A stretch of 64,000 bases of DNA, taken from positions 711,828 through 775,827 of the forward strand of contig NW_003314351.1 in assembly GCF_000143415.4 (NCBI RefSeq), read 5' to 3'. The DNA comes from Selaginella moellendorffii. Taxonomy: Eukaryota; Plantae; Lycopodiophyta. The notes under the pieces are model-generated. The model saw nothing but the letters and a program-made list of their open reading frames with translations. It searched no databases and had not been told where the DNA came from. The translations under genes and the position numbers were made by a program. Below are positions 12,895 to 25,235 of the stretch, piece after piece. The stretch's first letter is position 1. Each line of letters begins with the position of its first letter.

Positions 12895-13490
12895 TGACGA
12901 TATGTCGTCGATATAGACGACCATGAAGTGATCCAGATAGGGTACAAAGATGTGGTTCATCAATGCCGAAAATGTTGCCGGCGCATTGCACAGCCCAAAG
13001 GGCATCACCATAAACTCAAACCTCCCATACCTCGTTCGACAGGTTGTCTTCTCGACATCTTCCTCGGCTACCCTGATCTGGTAGTATCTTGACCTTAGGT
13101 CAATCCTCGAGAAGTATTTTGCCTTTCCCAACCTATCGAACAGGTCCTCAATTCTTAGCAAAGGGTACTTGTTCTTCTTTGTATACTTGTTGAGCAACCG
13201 GTAGTCTATGCACATGCGCATAGAACCATCTTTCTTTTTCACAAATAACACCGGTGCCCTATACGGCGACTTGCTCAACCTAACATACCCTTTGTCCACC
13301 AACTCCTCTAGTTGGCACTTGAGCTCCTTGAGTTCTTTTTTGTTCAAACGATAGGGGGGACGAACCACCGCCTCAGCACCCTCGACTAGCTCAATCTTAT
13401 GTTCTATCGGTCGTGTGGGGGGCAACCCCGCCAGTAGCTCTACCGGTATGGTATCCTGGAATTGATCCAACACTCGCTGGATCACCAAAG
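12895..13490 (-). pseudogene. Ty3/Gypsy reverse transcriptase N-terminal half (family C element), truncated after YIDD
   Basis: [55 protein letters not shown]. Confidence 0.95.
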
Positions 13491-13510
13491 AAGCTCTATT
13501 TCGTTAAAGT
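13491..13510 (+). repeat. Left terminal inverted repeat
   Basis: AAGCTCTATTTCGTTAAAGT, exact reverse complement of 28427-28446. Confidence 0.95.
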
Positions 13511-14150
13511 GGGATTTATTCAGTAAAATGGGACTAGGTACAAATTTTCAAGTATTTGAAAATGACGTGAAATTATATGTTTTTTGTCTAGGGGCTAGAC
13601 ATATCTGGGGCATGGTGACTAGCGTGGTGACTTTATGTCCAGACTGAGTCCATCTGGTTGTATAATAAATCTCATTGTCAAGGTGAACAAGCCGAATCTG
13701 AAGCTAAAGAAGAGCGATGGCATGCGCGCACACACTATTTGTTTGTTCATTGAGCGTGTGGTGAGCTTTCCAAGATGAACGTCATTCCTATTAGCCAGAC
13801 ATATAACTTAATGGTGAGAACATTTAGATATTATTCAATGTTATCTTTTTCTAACGAATCTAATTGTGAAGGTGTAGCAAGAGGCATTGCTAGTCTGGAG
13901 AAGTCATTTAACTCATTTGACCCTTAGTGTATTTTCATGAAACTAAATAACATTCATATTATTAAGGAATTTCTCTAGTACCTTTTTTTTATGACATAGA
14001 GGCTTGCATTTCTTTCAAAGGTGATTTAGTAAAAGGCCTGAGGGCACATGCCATTCTATTTCTCAGACCGGTATTAAGATATACTAGTGCAAAGGGAAAA
14101 AGGTATTTGGTAATCAAGTAAATGGCATGAGGGCACACGCCATTATAAGC

Positions 14151-14408
14151 CTAAGCGCTAGTGGACACCTCCTTTTTGGTACTCTCAGCGGTACTATCAT
14201 CCTTCTCCGGGTCAGTTGTTTTGCTTTGGATTGTTGTCTGTGATGTTACTGGGGCGTTCTCGATAGTTGTTAATGTTGCCGTTTGTTCAGAAAAATGATC
14301 ACCTGGAGTATAGTACGGGGAGTTTGGAAGACTTATATATTCTACATCTTCACCTATCTCCTTCTCCGTCTCCTTTTCTGCCTCACTTACAGATTTTGTG
14401 CTTGCCAT
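14151..14408 (-). CDS. Possible small acidic, S/T-rich ORF inside the transposon
   Basis: Open frame MASTKSVSEAEKETEKE...; no recognisable domain; flanked by palindrome copies. Confidence 0.25.
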   Translation of the reverse strand: MASTKSVSEAEKETEKEIGEDVEYISLPNSPYYTPGDHFSEQTATLTTIENAPVTSQTTIQSKTTDPEKDDSTAESTKKEVSTSA

Positions 14409-14615
14409 GAGAACGCTCTTCACCCTAAAATATGGAGTTCGTTGTGTTATAAAAGGAAACCAACACACATGCTGCAAGGGAATGATGGTACATAAAGCAC
14501 GTAAGCCCACAATATGGGTTTATGTGCCATTAATATGGGCTACACGCCATATTATTAGATTTATGCACATGTGATTGGTAAATGCATATGTCACATCATC
14601 TCAGGCCACATGCCA

Positions 14616-17600
14616 TCACGCCTCCTCTGATTCAGATTCGGATTGTTCACCTTGAAATAAAATACATTAGAAACTTAGTAAAGGAATATTAATGAATCTC
14701 ACCTTGAACCCGGGTTATGAATGCTCTTGCTGCATCTCTTGCATGGTCTGGCAAGGTGATGGTGGCACTCTGCTTCTGCATCCAACCATGCACAACATTA
14801 TCCACCGATATACTCATGCTGGGATCCCTTGGATTCAGCACCCATATCTTTTCTAGGCAATCCTTCGTATATCCGGAACTTGGCTTGAACCACTCCACAG
14901 TTACATTGAAGGAGTTAGTTTCCGCGTCCTCCTCTGCATCAGTGATGCAGCGCCCCACCCATATCATTTGTTTTTTATTACTGGGTCTGACAAGCACGAC
15001 CATTCCTTTGCAGACCTGTACTGGATTGAATGCTGAATCCGGCTTCTTGTTCCTCGGCCCACAATAGTGATCCTCAACATCGTTATTTGTCACTGCATTT
15101 CTAGAGGACATTGTTCCGCTACTATCTGGTGCTCTGGGTTCTGGCCAAAAGGACTCTTCCAATTCTTCATATACAACGGGCCCATTTTAGATAGCAGATA
15201 TAATCTTCTCCCAATATTCGAGCAAAGGCTTGCACCTCTGAAAATAGGATTCTCCACCAAACACCAACCCCCTCTTCCAGAAGGCAATATGCTGTCTAAT
15301 CCCGGCCACTATACTTTCCTGGTCTTTGAGTCCATCCGGGTGCATCGGCCGTGGGGAACCCTGAGGAATCATAGGTTCCCCAGTTATGGGATCTCTCTTG
15401 AAGAGTTCAATGCCGTCCACTGGCAGCCACACTGTGTCCCATTCTCTCATCTTGTACCTCATCACTGGAGCATCGTCACACATGCTGAAATGAAACTGAA
15501 GAGGCTTGGAGTGGCCAATCAGCGTTTCGGATCCGTCCCTGATGTAGCCTCTTACAAACCCCTTAAAGTCTGGAACCTCTGTCACAAGTGCAACTTCAAC
15601 AGTGCCTTTGATGCAATTTTAGAATTCATCGTAGAGTTGTGGGAGGGTGAGGACATTGGATCACTGGAGGGACTCTGCCAGGTGACTGAACATGGCATCG
15701 ACGTCTTCATGAGTGTGCCCAACCATGAGAAAGCCAAGTGTAACCGTTTCAAATATGCCTTTGGCAACAAGCATCGCCAAGTACGCGAAGACGTACATGT
15801 TTTTGTTCTCATTGCCAGCATTGTCTGTTTGGAGCAGAAGATGGGGTGGAAGGCCACATCGGCCGCAAGAACTTCCTTGAGATTCTGCTTCGTTTGGATG
15901 AGGCTGTGCATTCACCGGGCGACCAGCCTCGTCGGAATGCCATGAGGCCTCACGTGATAACCCTACAATCTGACGGCCAACATATTCACTGGGATGGCAT
16001 GGGGCCCCATGCGATACTGCAAGCCTTTGCTCCTCCTCCAGCTGAACCCTGTATGGGGTTCGATCGACAAGGGCCTTATGCAAGGGTTGGCCGTTCAGCT
16101 CAGTCTGCGCACTTTGCAGAGACCTTAAGTGTTTTGCTAGGGACGCAATCATCATGTTTGCACCCCCGCCACCCCATAGAGGTACAAAGAAGTTCCCATA
16201 GTTCTGGGCACCATGCCCATGAGCGATTATGCCAAACAGAGACACAGGAAGCTGCATGGATGAAGAGATTGCCTTGGGGGCAGGATTGAGTCGAGGTAAG
16301 CACGTCTTTTTCTGGTCCATTTTGTCGTGGATGATGCAGAGGTAAGAGTCAGGTCTCTCCATGGAGAGAATCCTGTTATGATAATATGCAGTCCTGCAGC
16401 TTCTCTGCTCGATGTTGTGGTCAAGCCGCCTTCTAACCAACGTCTCTCGCTCTTGAGCGCTGCAAGAATTCTTCGACAAAGCCATTTTGATAGCAGTGCA
16501 CTCGTCACACTTTGAAAAGCTGGAGTACTGTCCTATACTCACATCCCTGAACCTGTTGCTCCACAATTTACTAAATCTAGATTGGCTCAGCTTCCTGTAG
16601 CCATTACTCTGGAGTTCCCGATTCACATCTTCCAATATGGCCCCCTTGGTATACATGGAAGGGAGAACTCGTTGGGTGTCTCGTGTTCCATCTTCCAAGA
16701 GGCGGGTTTTATGTGGTCGCTGCTCGCTACATGTCTCGACAAACCTCTTGAAGATTGCCTCTCCATATACAACATGACCCCTAGTTTTGTGCGTACCGTC
16801 GTTCCCATGGACTGCCTATTGAACCCTTTGTTCCTCGAACTCAGTTTTGATTCTGTAGAATGTGGTTCGAGAGACTCCATAAATGATTCTCCATGCCTTC
16901 ATGCAGACCAAACCCCTCTGGAAGACCATGCCCCCCACCTGATGTTTTGAAGCATCAACAGATGACCGTAATGCCTCATACACAAAATTGCGAGTTGCCT
17001 TCCAGGACAATGTCTTGTATCTTGCTCTCTCCTCTTCAATAGCATCCCAATCAGCATGTTGACAGCACCTCCTCTTGCAACAAGCAACTGTCGAGACCAT
17101 TCGAACCTCTATCGCCATTTTCTGCCTTTTCGGTTCATTGCTCAGATCCCTTTGGCTACGCTTTAGGAAGGTGTACTTTCTTTTCCCATGAAGAGATGTT
17201 CTGTCATCAGTTGTAGTGGTGTTTGATTGTGAATCCTTCACATTCTCAAACACTAAGTGCCTCAATTTCCACCGCACAATGCTTCCAATAGTCAGACTAT
17301 TTTCTTCTGTGTCAACAACCTCTAAAATCGCAACTCCAATATCATCCCAGCCCAATTCTTGATTAGCAACCGCATCTCTTGGATCGACAACTGTGGCTAA
17401 GCCCTCAGCTACCACCTCCCCCTCGGGGTTGTTTAGAAACACCTTCGCCTGAATCCATGTAGCACGGTTCTTAAGATCCACGGAGGGAACATGCGTCGCA
17501 CTTGTGCTGTCCCCAACATCTGCTTTCTTCTGAAGATTTTTCAAGGCAACAACAACATTTACCCCGACGACCATCTCTCCTCGTTCAATAGCGACCACAT

Positions 17601-17757
17601 TCCTATCGAAGACAGTCTCTACTGATATAGCAGCATTGCCTTCCCCAAGCCTTTGACAGTGTATAACAAAGTTCCGATCCATAGACACAAGGGTCTCTTT
17701 TGCAACTCTCTTCCCACCATTCAAAATGTAAACCTTTTCCCCAACCCTAAAGGCCAT
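14616..17757 (-). pseudogene. Sola1/DUF7869-type DDD transposase (~1030 codons) with four in-frame stops
   Basis: ORFs 16816-17757, 15661-16698, 15187-15585 and 14689-15162 are one frame, with stops at 16816, 15661, 15619, 15187. Motifs CCKRRCC, VCMKAW..YGVS, IHDKMDQ, QTDNAGNENKN, FLMVGHTHEDVDAMFS. Probable short last intron, then exon GEQSESESEEA* ending at 14616. Confidence 0.85.
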
Positions 17758-17997
17758 TCTGAAAGTGCAAAAAAGAAGTTAAGACCATAAAAAAAATGAT
17801 TGGAGAATGGCCTAAATCATAACATACCAAACAACCTCAATAGCATGAGGCCACATGCCATTATTCAAACATGCTATTGACACCCACGTGAAATTTCGCA
17901 TTCACAAAATTGGCATGCCATCTTGGTATACACACAGCTGTAGGCAAGTAAAAACATACATGACAATACGCTAGCCATGAAATTGCAAGGGCCCAAG

Positions 17998-18019
17998 ATG
18001 GCATGTGGCCTCATGCCAT
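17998..18019. promoter_or_regulatory. Representative copy of the element-specific 22-bp palindrome
   Basis: ATGGCATG-TGGCCT-CATGCCAT with perfect 8-bp arms; more than 20 related copies between 13717 and 28352. Confidence 0.8.
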
Positions 18020-18111
18020 TTCTAAATGTGGTCCTAAGCCATTCCATGGTGAACATACCAGGAAGCACAAGTGCCGAATATCAAGAGGAAGCGGTAGCCA
18101 CACCAAAGACA

Positions 18112-18195
18112 GTGCCGCTCGCAACACCGCAACTACTCGTAGCGCCGCTCGCAACACCGCAACTGCTCGTAGCGCCGCTCGCACAAACTGCCACT
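18112..18195. repeat. CpG-rich 30-bp tandem repeat upstream of the transposase
   Basis: GCGCCGCTCGCAACACCGCAACTRCTCGTA, about 2.5 copies. Confidence 0.8.
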
Positions 18196-19509
18196 CGCAT
18201 AAACTGCCGCTCACAATGGCGCTCGCAATGCCGCAACCGCTCGTAGACGCATAAACCACAGCTCACAACGCCGCTTATACAAGCAGCGCTCACTGCACTC
18301 AGCGGAACCAAGAACACGGCGCACAAAAATGATAGACCTAGGAATGAGTTCGAGAATTCAAAAATAACACACGCTTGAACGTCACATCAAATCCTCTGAC
18401 AAACCAGATCTTATGATTCCTCTGACAAATTTCAAACTGAGTAGCTTCTAGACTTTGCTGTCGGAGGTTGAACTTTGTCACATCATGTCCTTGCCTCGAT
18501 CCAGCTGTGCCATGTCAGTGATTCGAACTTTGCCATGCCATGTCAGCGATTCGTGACAAGATTATTCGCCGTGTAAAGGAATAATTATGCTGTGTGTGTA
18601 CGTCCATTTATGGCAATATAAGGCCACACGCCATTCAAAGAATAATGCTAGTCGAGCATTTTTTGGTGCATTTTTGGGTTCAAAATTGCATGAGCCCACA
18701 CGCTATAAAGTTTACCTGTACCAAAAATAGAAACAGCTTTATTTACTTGGGAATTTAAGTGGTTGAGGCATTTTTAAACTTAAAAACACATGCCCTACTT
18801 ACATTCCTTTGGTTGCTTAAAATTCAAAAATATTATAAACCTTTCTTTTTGCATTTTCAATGTTTTCAATTATGGTTTTTGATTTTCGCAGGACCAGCCT
18901 TGTAATCTATTTGCATCCCGTTATGTTTATAGCTAGCTTTCGTTTGTCCCCTTCGCTAGCCTGAGATACATCTGCTCGGCATCTGCCTCTTATAGCATTT
19001 GCCCAGAAAGGGCATCTTTCTTCACGCAGCATTTGCCACATGTTTAGGGTTTAGCAATTCAGTAGCTTGATAAACATGCAAATACAGAACTTGATGCAAA
19101 ATCCTTTGATATGTCACACTGCCCCTAGGACCATAAACACATTTCAATAGAGAGGGTCCTTTCATTTCATAACTCCTTACGTAAATCTTGGTGAAACTAG
19201 AGTTAGTGAAGTTAGTTTCTTGTGATCCCACATCTGATTGTGATGTCCCTTTGCAGTGTCAATGGAAAGGTCAATGCACACCAAACTGTAAAATCTTGGA
19301 GCAAAATAACGGTCGGATCTATGGCAAATGCCCCTGAAACATTATAAGGCTCGTGTGGTCTCATGTGGTGTCCGATCGAGATGCTTCTTTGCAGGGTCAT
19401 CAAGAAAGACATTGTATACCATTCTGTAAAATCTAGTTGTGATCTAACGGTTGGATCTCTAGAAAAATCAAAAAAATCTCGCGCATGTCAGAATATTCTA
19501 GGAATATAC

Positions 19510-21272
19510 TGTGAGACACAAAATCCCTAGGCCCCAAAGTGGAGCCAGAAGGGCGCCACATGGTAGTGGCCGAAGCGAGAGCCAAACGAGCGTAACACGT
19601 TTGGACCAAAAGCTCCGACTTGAAAAGTCAAGAGCGGGAATGGAACTCCCAACGAAGTGCTCGAGGAACGAGCACAAAGCGAGCAAAAGGCGAGGCTCCA
19701 AAAAGGGACCCAAAAGGACCAACACATGACACATGGGAGTGTCCGAGATGGACCCGAGTTGGAGTCCGAAGTGGAGTCCGAGATGGACCCGAGTTGGAGT
19801 CCGAAGTGGAGTCCGAGATGGACCCGAGATGGAGTCCGAGATGGAGTCCGAAGTGGAGTCCGAGGTGGACCCGAGATGGACCCGAGTTGGAGTCCGAAGT
19901 GGAGTCCGAGATGGACCCGAGATGGAGTCCAAGATGGAGTCCGAGATGGACCCGAGATGGACCCCAGATGGAGTCCGAGATGGAGTCCGAGATGGACCCG
20001 AGATGGAGTCCGAGATGGAGTCTGAGATGGACCCGAGATGGACCCGAGATGGAGTCCGAGATGGAGTCCGAGATGGAGTCCGAAGTCGAGACTGGGACCG
20101 GGACCGAGACCGGGACCGAGACCGAGACCGAGACCGAGATCGGGAGCGAGACCGAGACCGAGGCCGAGGCCGAGACCGAGCCCGAGGCCGAGACCGAGCC
20201 CGAGCCCGAGTCCGAGTCCGAATCCGAGTCCGAGTCCGAGTCCGAGTCCGAGTCCGAGTCCGAGTCCGGAGCCTGAGAGGGTGAAAGCCCAAAGCGTTCG
20301 TCTCCCAGACCCTGGGGGGTTTGGTGAGCTCCAAAAGTATAGTAGGGGGAGGACTGCCGTGGAGCCAGTTTGACCAGGAAAGGCCAGTTTGGCCCAGGAA
20401 GGCCGGACCCAGTGTTGGGTAATGAGCTGCCCACTGGGAAGTCCAAGACTAGAGTGAACACGAACCAACAAGCGGGGTAGCTTGGTGAAGTGTTCAAGAG
20501 CCGGCTCTAGTTCCCCCGAGAGATCGACTGGCCGATGCTCCCAGTCCAAGTGTGGGTGGCACTACCTACTTGGATACCAGGCGTGGCTCAACGGAACCTT
20601 GCTCTAAGCCCATGGCTAGAGCACCTAAAGACGAAAGGCGGGGAGAGTACCCATGAGGCTTGCGTAAGGCCACAGTGTTCCGAAATGGTGTCCCAAAGTC
20701 CCAGACTGTGGAAAGGAAGAGGGGTAGCCCTCCGGTGTGGTGACCAAGGACACAGTCACACAGTGAGGAAGTCCTAGAGGATAGTGGGACTTAGTGGTTG
20801 GGCCGGTGGGCCTCGATCCAGTGGCAGTGTTGGCGAACACAGCCAAGGATAGAAAGGGACTTGGTGGGGACCGGAACAGAGATATTGGGGAAGGCTATTC
20901 CCCATGTCTGTAAGCATCCTAAGGATGTTAAGGAGTGGATCTGGGATGACCACTCATGGACGGATGACCCAGTCTTTGAGAGACGGGATTGGAATGTAGG
21001 TGGTGTTGGACCACCAATGTGACCAAGGTAAATGGGCATGGCTTTAGCGTAACGGGCCGATATGTCGGTGGTACCTTGGGGTGTCGATCATGGGATCGGA
21101 CACGTGGAGCACTTGGACCAAGTGCTAAGGTTGAGTGGCATGGATGCCATTCTCGGGGCTAGCAAGCCCCAAGTCCTGAGTTGGGCTTATGGAGGTTGTG
21201 AATGAGACTCCTCCAAGTGGTCGGAGGTGTGGTTAAGTGACTAAAGTAGAATGGAAAAATTAGTCGCTTACA
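19510..21272 (+). mobile_element. Solo LTR, family A, nested in the DNA transposon
   Basis: TGTGAG...CTTACA; TSD TATAC (19505-19509, 21273-21277). Confidence 0.95.
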
Positions 21273-22622
21273 TATACTCCTATGTGCCCCTGAAAATGGC
21301 ATGCGGCCCCACGCCATTCAAGAGATAACGCCAGATGACGCCGAGAATTTTTTGGTGCATTTTTTGGGTTCAAAATTGCATGAGCCCACACGCTATAAAG
21401 TTTATCTGTTTATAGAGAAAAGTTTATCTGTGTCATGTGAGGTAGTTACAGTCCTTTGTGCTCGGCATCTGCCTCTTGCAGCATTTGCACTGAAAGGGAA
21501 TTTTTCTCCATTCAGCATTTGGCCCTGAAAATGGCATGCGCCCACACGCAATTCAAGGAATAACGCCACAGGACGCCTGGATTTTTGGGTTTAAAATGTT
21601 TAGGGTTTTTTGGGTTTTTTCAAAATATTTTGGGTCCAACGTTTTTTGGGTTTCTTTGGTTCAAAATTGCATGAGCCCACACGCTATAATATTGATTTGA
21701 GAGAAAAATAGAAACAGATAGAATTTCTTTATTTAGCTGAACATCTGCCATTTTTGGAAATACAAGATGCTTTGGAATATCCAATCATGCATGGTATAAA
21801 TATAGCGAGGGTATTAAATGATATCCCAATCATGATCTTTCTTTTGGATTTCGCGTGCATGCAGTCCGAGGAATGATGACGTTGCAGATTTCTTTTAGAT
21901 TTTACGTGCTTGCATATGCGCGGCAATCCAGAAATTAATGGTGGTGCCCAAGTCCGAGGAATGATGACGTGGCGGGATTACCAACCGTTGTGACATTTCG
22001 CGCGTGTGAGGTTAGGTTTTGCATTTTGCTTCGTACTCGCGCTCGCACACTCACGCTCGCATCGCGCTCCCACTTGCGATCACGCTCACATTCGCGCTCA
22101 TCTACCTTCTCTACAGGTTTCTCGTGTGCATCGGCGTCCACTCGCGCTTGCATCACACTCGCGCTCGCATCGGGCTCGTGTGCATCGGCGTCCACTTCAA
22201 GACACACCCAGTTTGTAACTTCGCCGCCAACTCCGCCACCCACTCTGCCACCCACACGCAGCCCACTTGGCGTCCCGGGAGATTTCAGCGCCACTCTCCA
22301 ACTGTAAGTGGCAGAGTAGCCTTGCTGCTACGATCTGCTGCACACACAGTGCACATTCGCCAGCGAGTCCGGCCTCGATTGTCACAGCCTCCATTCAGCT
22401 TCAAATGGTAAGTCTTTTAGGCCAAGTAGAAAATGGAATGAGGCCACATGCCATTCAGCAACATTGGCATGCACCGATTGGGCTCTCGAGTGCAGTCCGG
22501 TTACAAATGGCGTGTAGCCTCACGCCATCTTAGGATGCAGCCTCAAGACATCTGATGCAGTGGTGAATGGCATGTGGCCTCATGTTATTTCCAGCTGCTA
22601 GCTTTTCATCTGTCAGCTCTAA

Positions 22623-25185
22623 TTGTTGTGCATTTCTGAACAGGTGAGGAATTGCATTCTTCTTCCAGCCACTGTCAATGTGGATGCAGAGAAGGGGGAG
22701 GAGCTCACAAGTTGGACTTTCGGGATGGAAGGCGAGGATCTGATGCTGTACAACACAGATGGTGGGAGAAAAGAATGCATGGGGATCCTCATCCAAGTGA
22801 CAAACACTCCATGTAGTTCCATGCAAGAATATGGACTGGCACTTGTGGTAGAGACAGCGTCCGCCTTCAAGATCCACCTTGCACATCCTAGTGGCTTCCC
22901 GGAGGGGGGCAGCGGCTATGAGGAATTCCTAGAGGGAGCTAGGGAGAGGTTGTCCAGGAGGCCCACAATTTCAAAGACGCTGCGGGTCTATGAAGATCAC
23001 ATGGAATCCACGGACCTCACCTATGGCGATGTTCAAAAACTATATTCCAACATTGAGCCGTTGAGAGTGCCTCCAGTTCGCGAAGCAAAGGGGAAGGGGG
23101 TCGATCTGGAAACTACCCCGAAGCAGAAAAGGGTGGTCAAGCTCAAGCCGACGTCCGACTCTGCTGCTCCAAAAAAGAAGCTACTCGGTGATGCCATTGC
23201 CTCAGGTTCGAACACTACACCCACCAAAAAGAAGAGCCGCAAAGAGCAGAAAGAGCAAGAAGAGGCAGCAAAAATCGTCGCAGATAATAGTACTTGTTAC
23301 TATTCCAACAAAGTATATACAATCGACGTGAGCCGTATCGACATCCAAAGCAAATACAACCACAGGCTAGTATCTGATGAGTGGGTGGAGAAACTGAAGC
23401 AGAAGATGCTGGCAAGTCCAGTAACACCCGACATCGCAGACGTGATCCCCTACTACCGAACAATGAAGGGCGAGACGAGGTTTCCAGACTTGATCAATAG
23501 GAAGGTGTTGGACGATCAGAACATCCGGTTCTATGCTGTCTCCGGGCAGCATTCTAGCTTGGCGATGCAACAGATAGTTGTGGATATTATGGTGGGCGAG
23601 GAGGTGAAGAAAGTCTTCAAGACAAGAGTTGTCCGCCTGATAAAAGGCAACTCGCCCCTCCGATCTATCATATACATCTCCCACACGCAGAATGTCAAGC
23701 AAGAAACGTGCTACAAATCAGGTCTGCACGAGACATTAGCACAAACACGGAAGCTCTGGGTTCAACTGAAGAAGCCACAAAAACCAGGACATGGACGTGC
23801 ACTAGCAGCTAGCGCCTGGCAGGTAAGCCTCGTTGCATGTGGCATAACATGTGGCCTCACACCATTTCCATTGCAGGAATTCTCGAGTCTTCTCTCGAAA
23901 ACACTGGGGGTCAATGACACACTCAGCATCCATAACATTCTACTCGCGACAAAAGTTGTTTTTGACAAATGGGTAGATGTGCTGAGGAGGTACCATGATG
24001 GGGAGTTGCTAAACTCAATGGGTGTGGAGGACGGCCGGAAGCCCAATGATTTGAAGCTCAATGCCTTGCGTTTCTCGCGGTCTCTAGACGACGACGACCT
24101 TCTGACAGTGGCTAATGCTCTTCTACGTGGTGAGGTAGTCTTCAACAAGACCAAAATGACTTCCGGCCATATTGTGACATACGAGGACTTGTGCACGACT
24201 CTGAGAGCTCGTGCGCTATTGAAGGATTGGATCTTCGAGCAAGTGGCCGTGGAGAGGGTGAGCATCGACACCACGCAAGAGATGATGGAAGAGCTGGACT
24301 TGTCAAATGAAGACATCGACGAGTACGTGAAGGGGGCCCCCAAGTTCATCGATCTGCTGCGGGATGCCATGAAAAGTAAAGCTGAGAAGTTGGATCAGTA
24401 TCCAAATTTCATTAAGAGGGATGTCGACCGCCGGCTTCAGAAACAGCTCGACCCCGCAGCAGAGGCCTATTGAGAACCTTACCGGGTATACGTGAATTCG
24501 GATGAGGATTAAAGGTGGAGGAGCATCGTTTCCTACGGAGATGAGTAGGTCAAGAACATCTTTTGTGTGATGGACTTCACAAACGAAGAGATCACTCATG
24601 CAGACGAAGTCAGCTCCATCATTGACTTAATGGTGGGACTTGCGGAGGTGGAATCTTCAGTCCACTATATGATCTACGACTCCGAATCCTATCACAAGTT
24701 CTGGAAGGCCTTGAACGAGGTGAAGGCTCGGTTGAAAGGCAAGGAGATGCGGGAGATCCATGGGATAATGGCTAAGAAGAAGATACCGACGAATGTCTGC
24801 ATCTTCACACTCGCACTTGTTATTGGTCCTGTAGCAGAGTGGGACTGGAGTGACTTCCCAGCTTCGTTCGACAAGGCCGATCGAATTGATCTGAGGGAGG
24901 TCAATTTACCCGTGCCTGAGGAACTGAAGATGGCTATGGAGCTTTCGAATCCAAAGAAAGCTCCAGGTGCAGCATGGGAAATGCTCAGCTGGGTCTTCAA
25001 CGCAATAGCGGGTGACTCCAAGGGCAAATGCGTTGTCGAGTAATACTACGGCGGACTATTCTTTCGAGCCGCACTACTCAAGGGTGTCCCGTGTGTTGCG
25101 GTGACAAACTCCATTGAAGAGGTGACTTCAATAGAGCATATAATTACAGTTGCCAAAGAAAAATAGTATCTTCTCTGCGAACCTG
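22623..25185 (+). pseudogene. Cargo gene 5' part: ParB/Srx-like domain plus degenerate amino-methyltransferase-like region
   Basis: IDVSRI..YNHRLVSDEWVEKLKQKM..FYAVSGQHSSLAM..ISHTQNVKQE resembles ParB-N/DGQHR. In-frame 54-bp GT-AG intron 23823-23876. The frame continues through stops at 24471, 24510, 24546, 25041, 25164. Confidence 0.6.
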
Positions 25186-25235
25186 GTGAGTACGCACTTT
25201 AAGTTTAAATGTTATCTCACAAGCTCTGTATGCAG

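Noticed and set aside
15067-15945. 292-aa plus-strand ORF
   Set aside because: Antisense shadow of the transposase frame with no recognisable motifs.
19740-20270. Regular short repeats as a possible CRISPR array
   Set aside because: No unique spacers, no cas genes, and they lie inside eukaryotic LTRs.
23762-24370. 202-aa minus-strand ORF
   Set aside because: Antisense shadow of the cargo gene.
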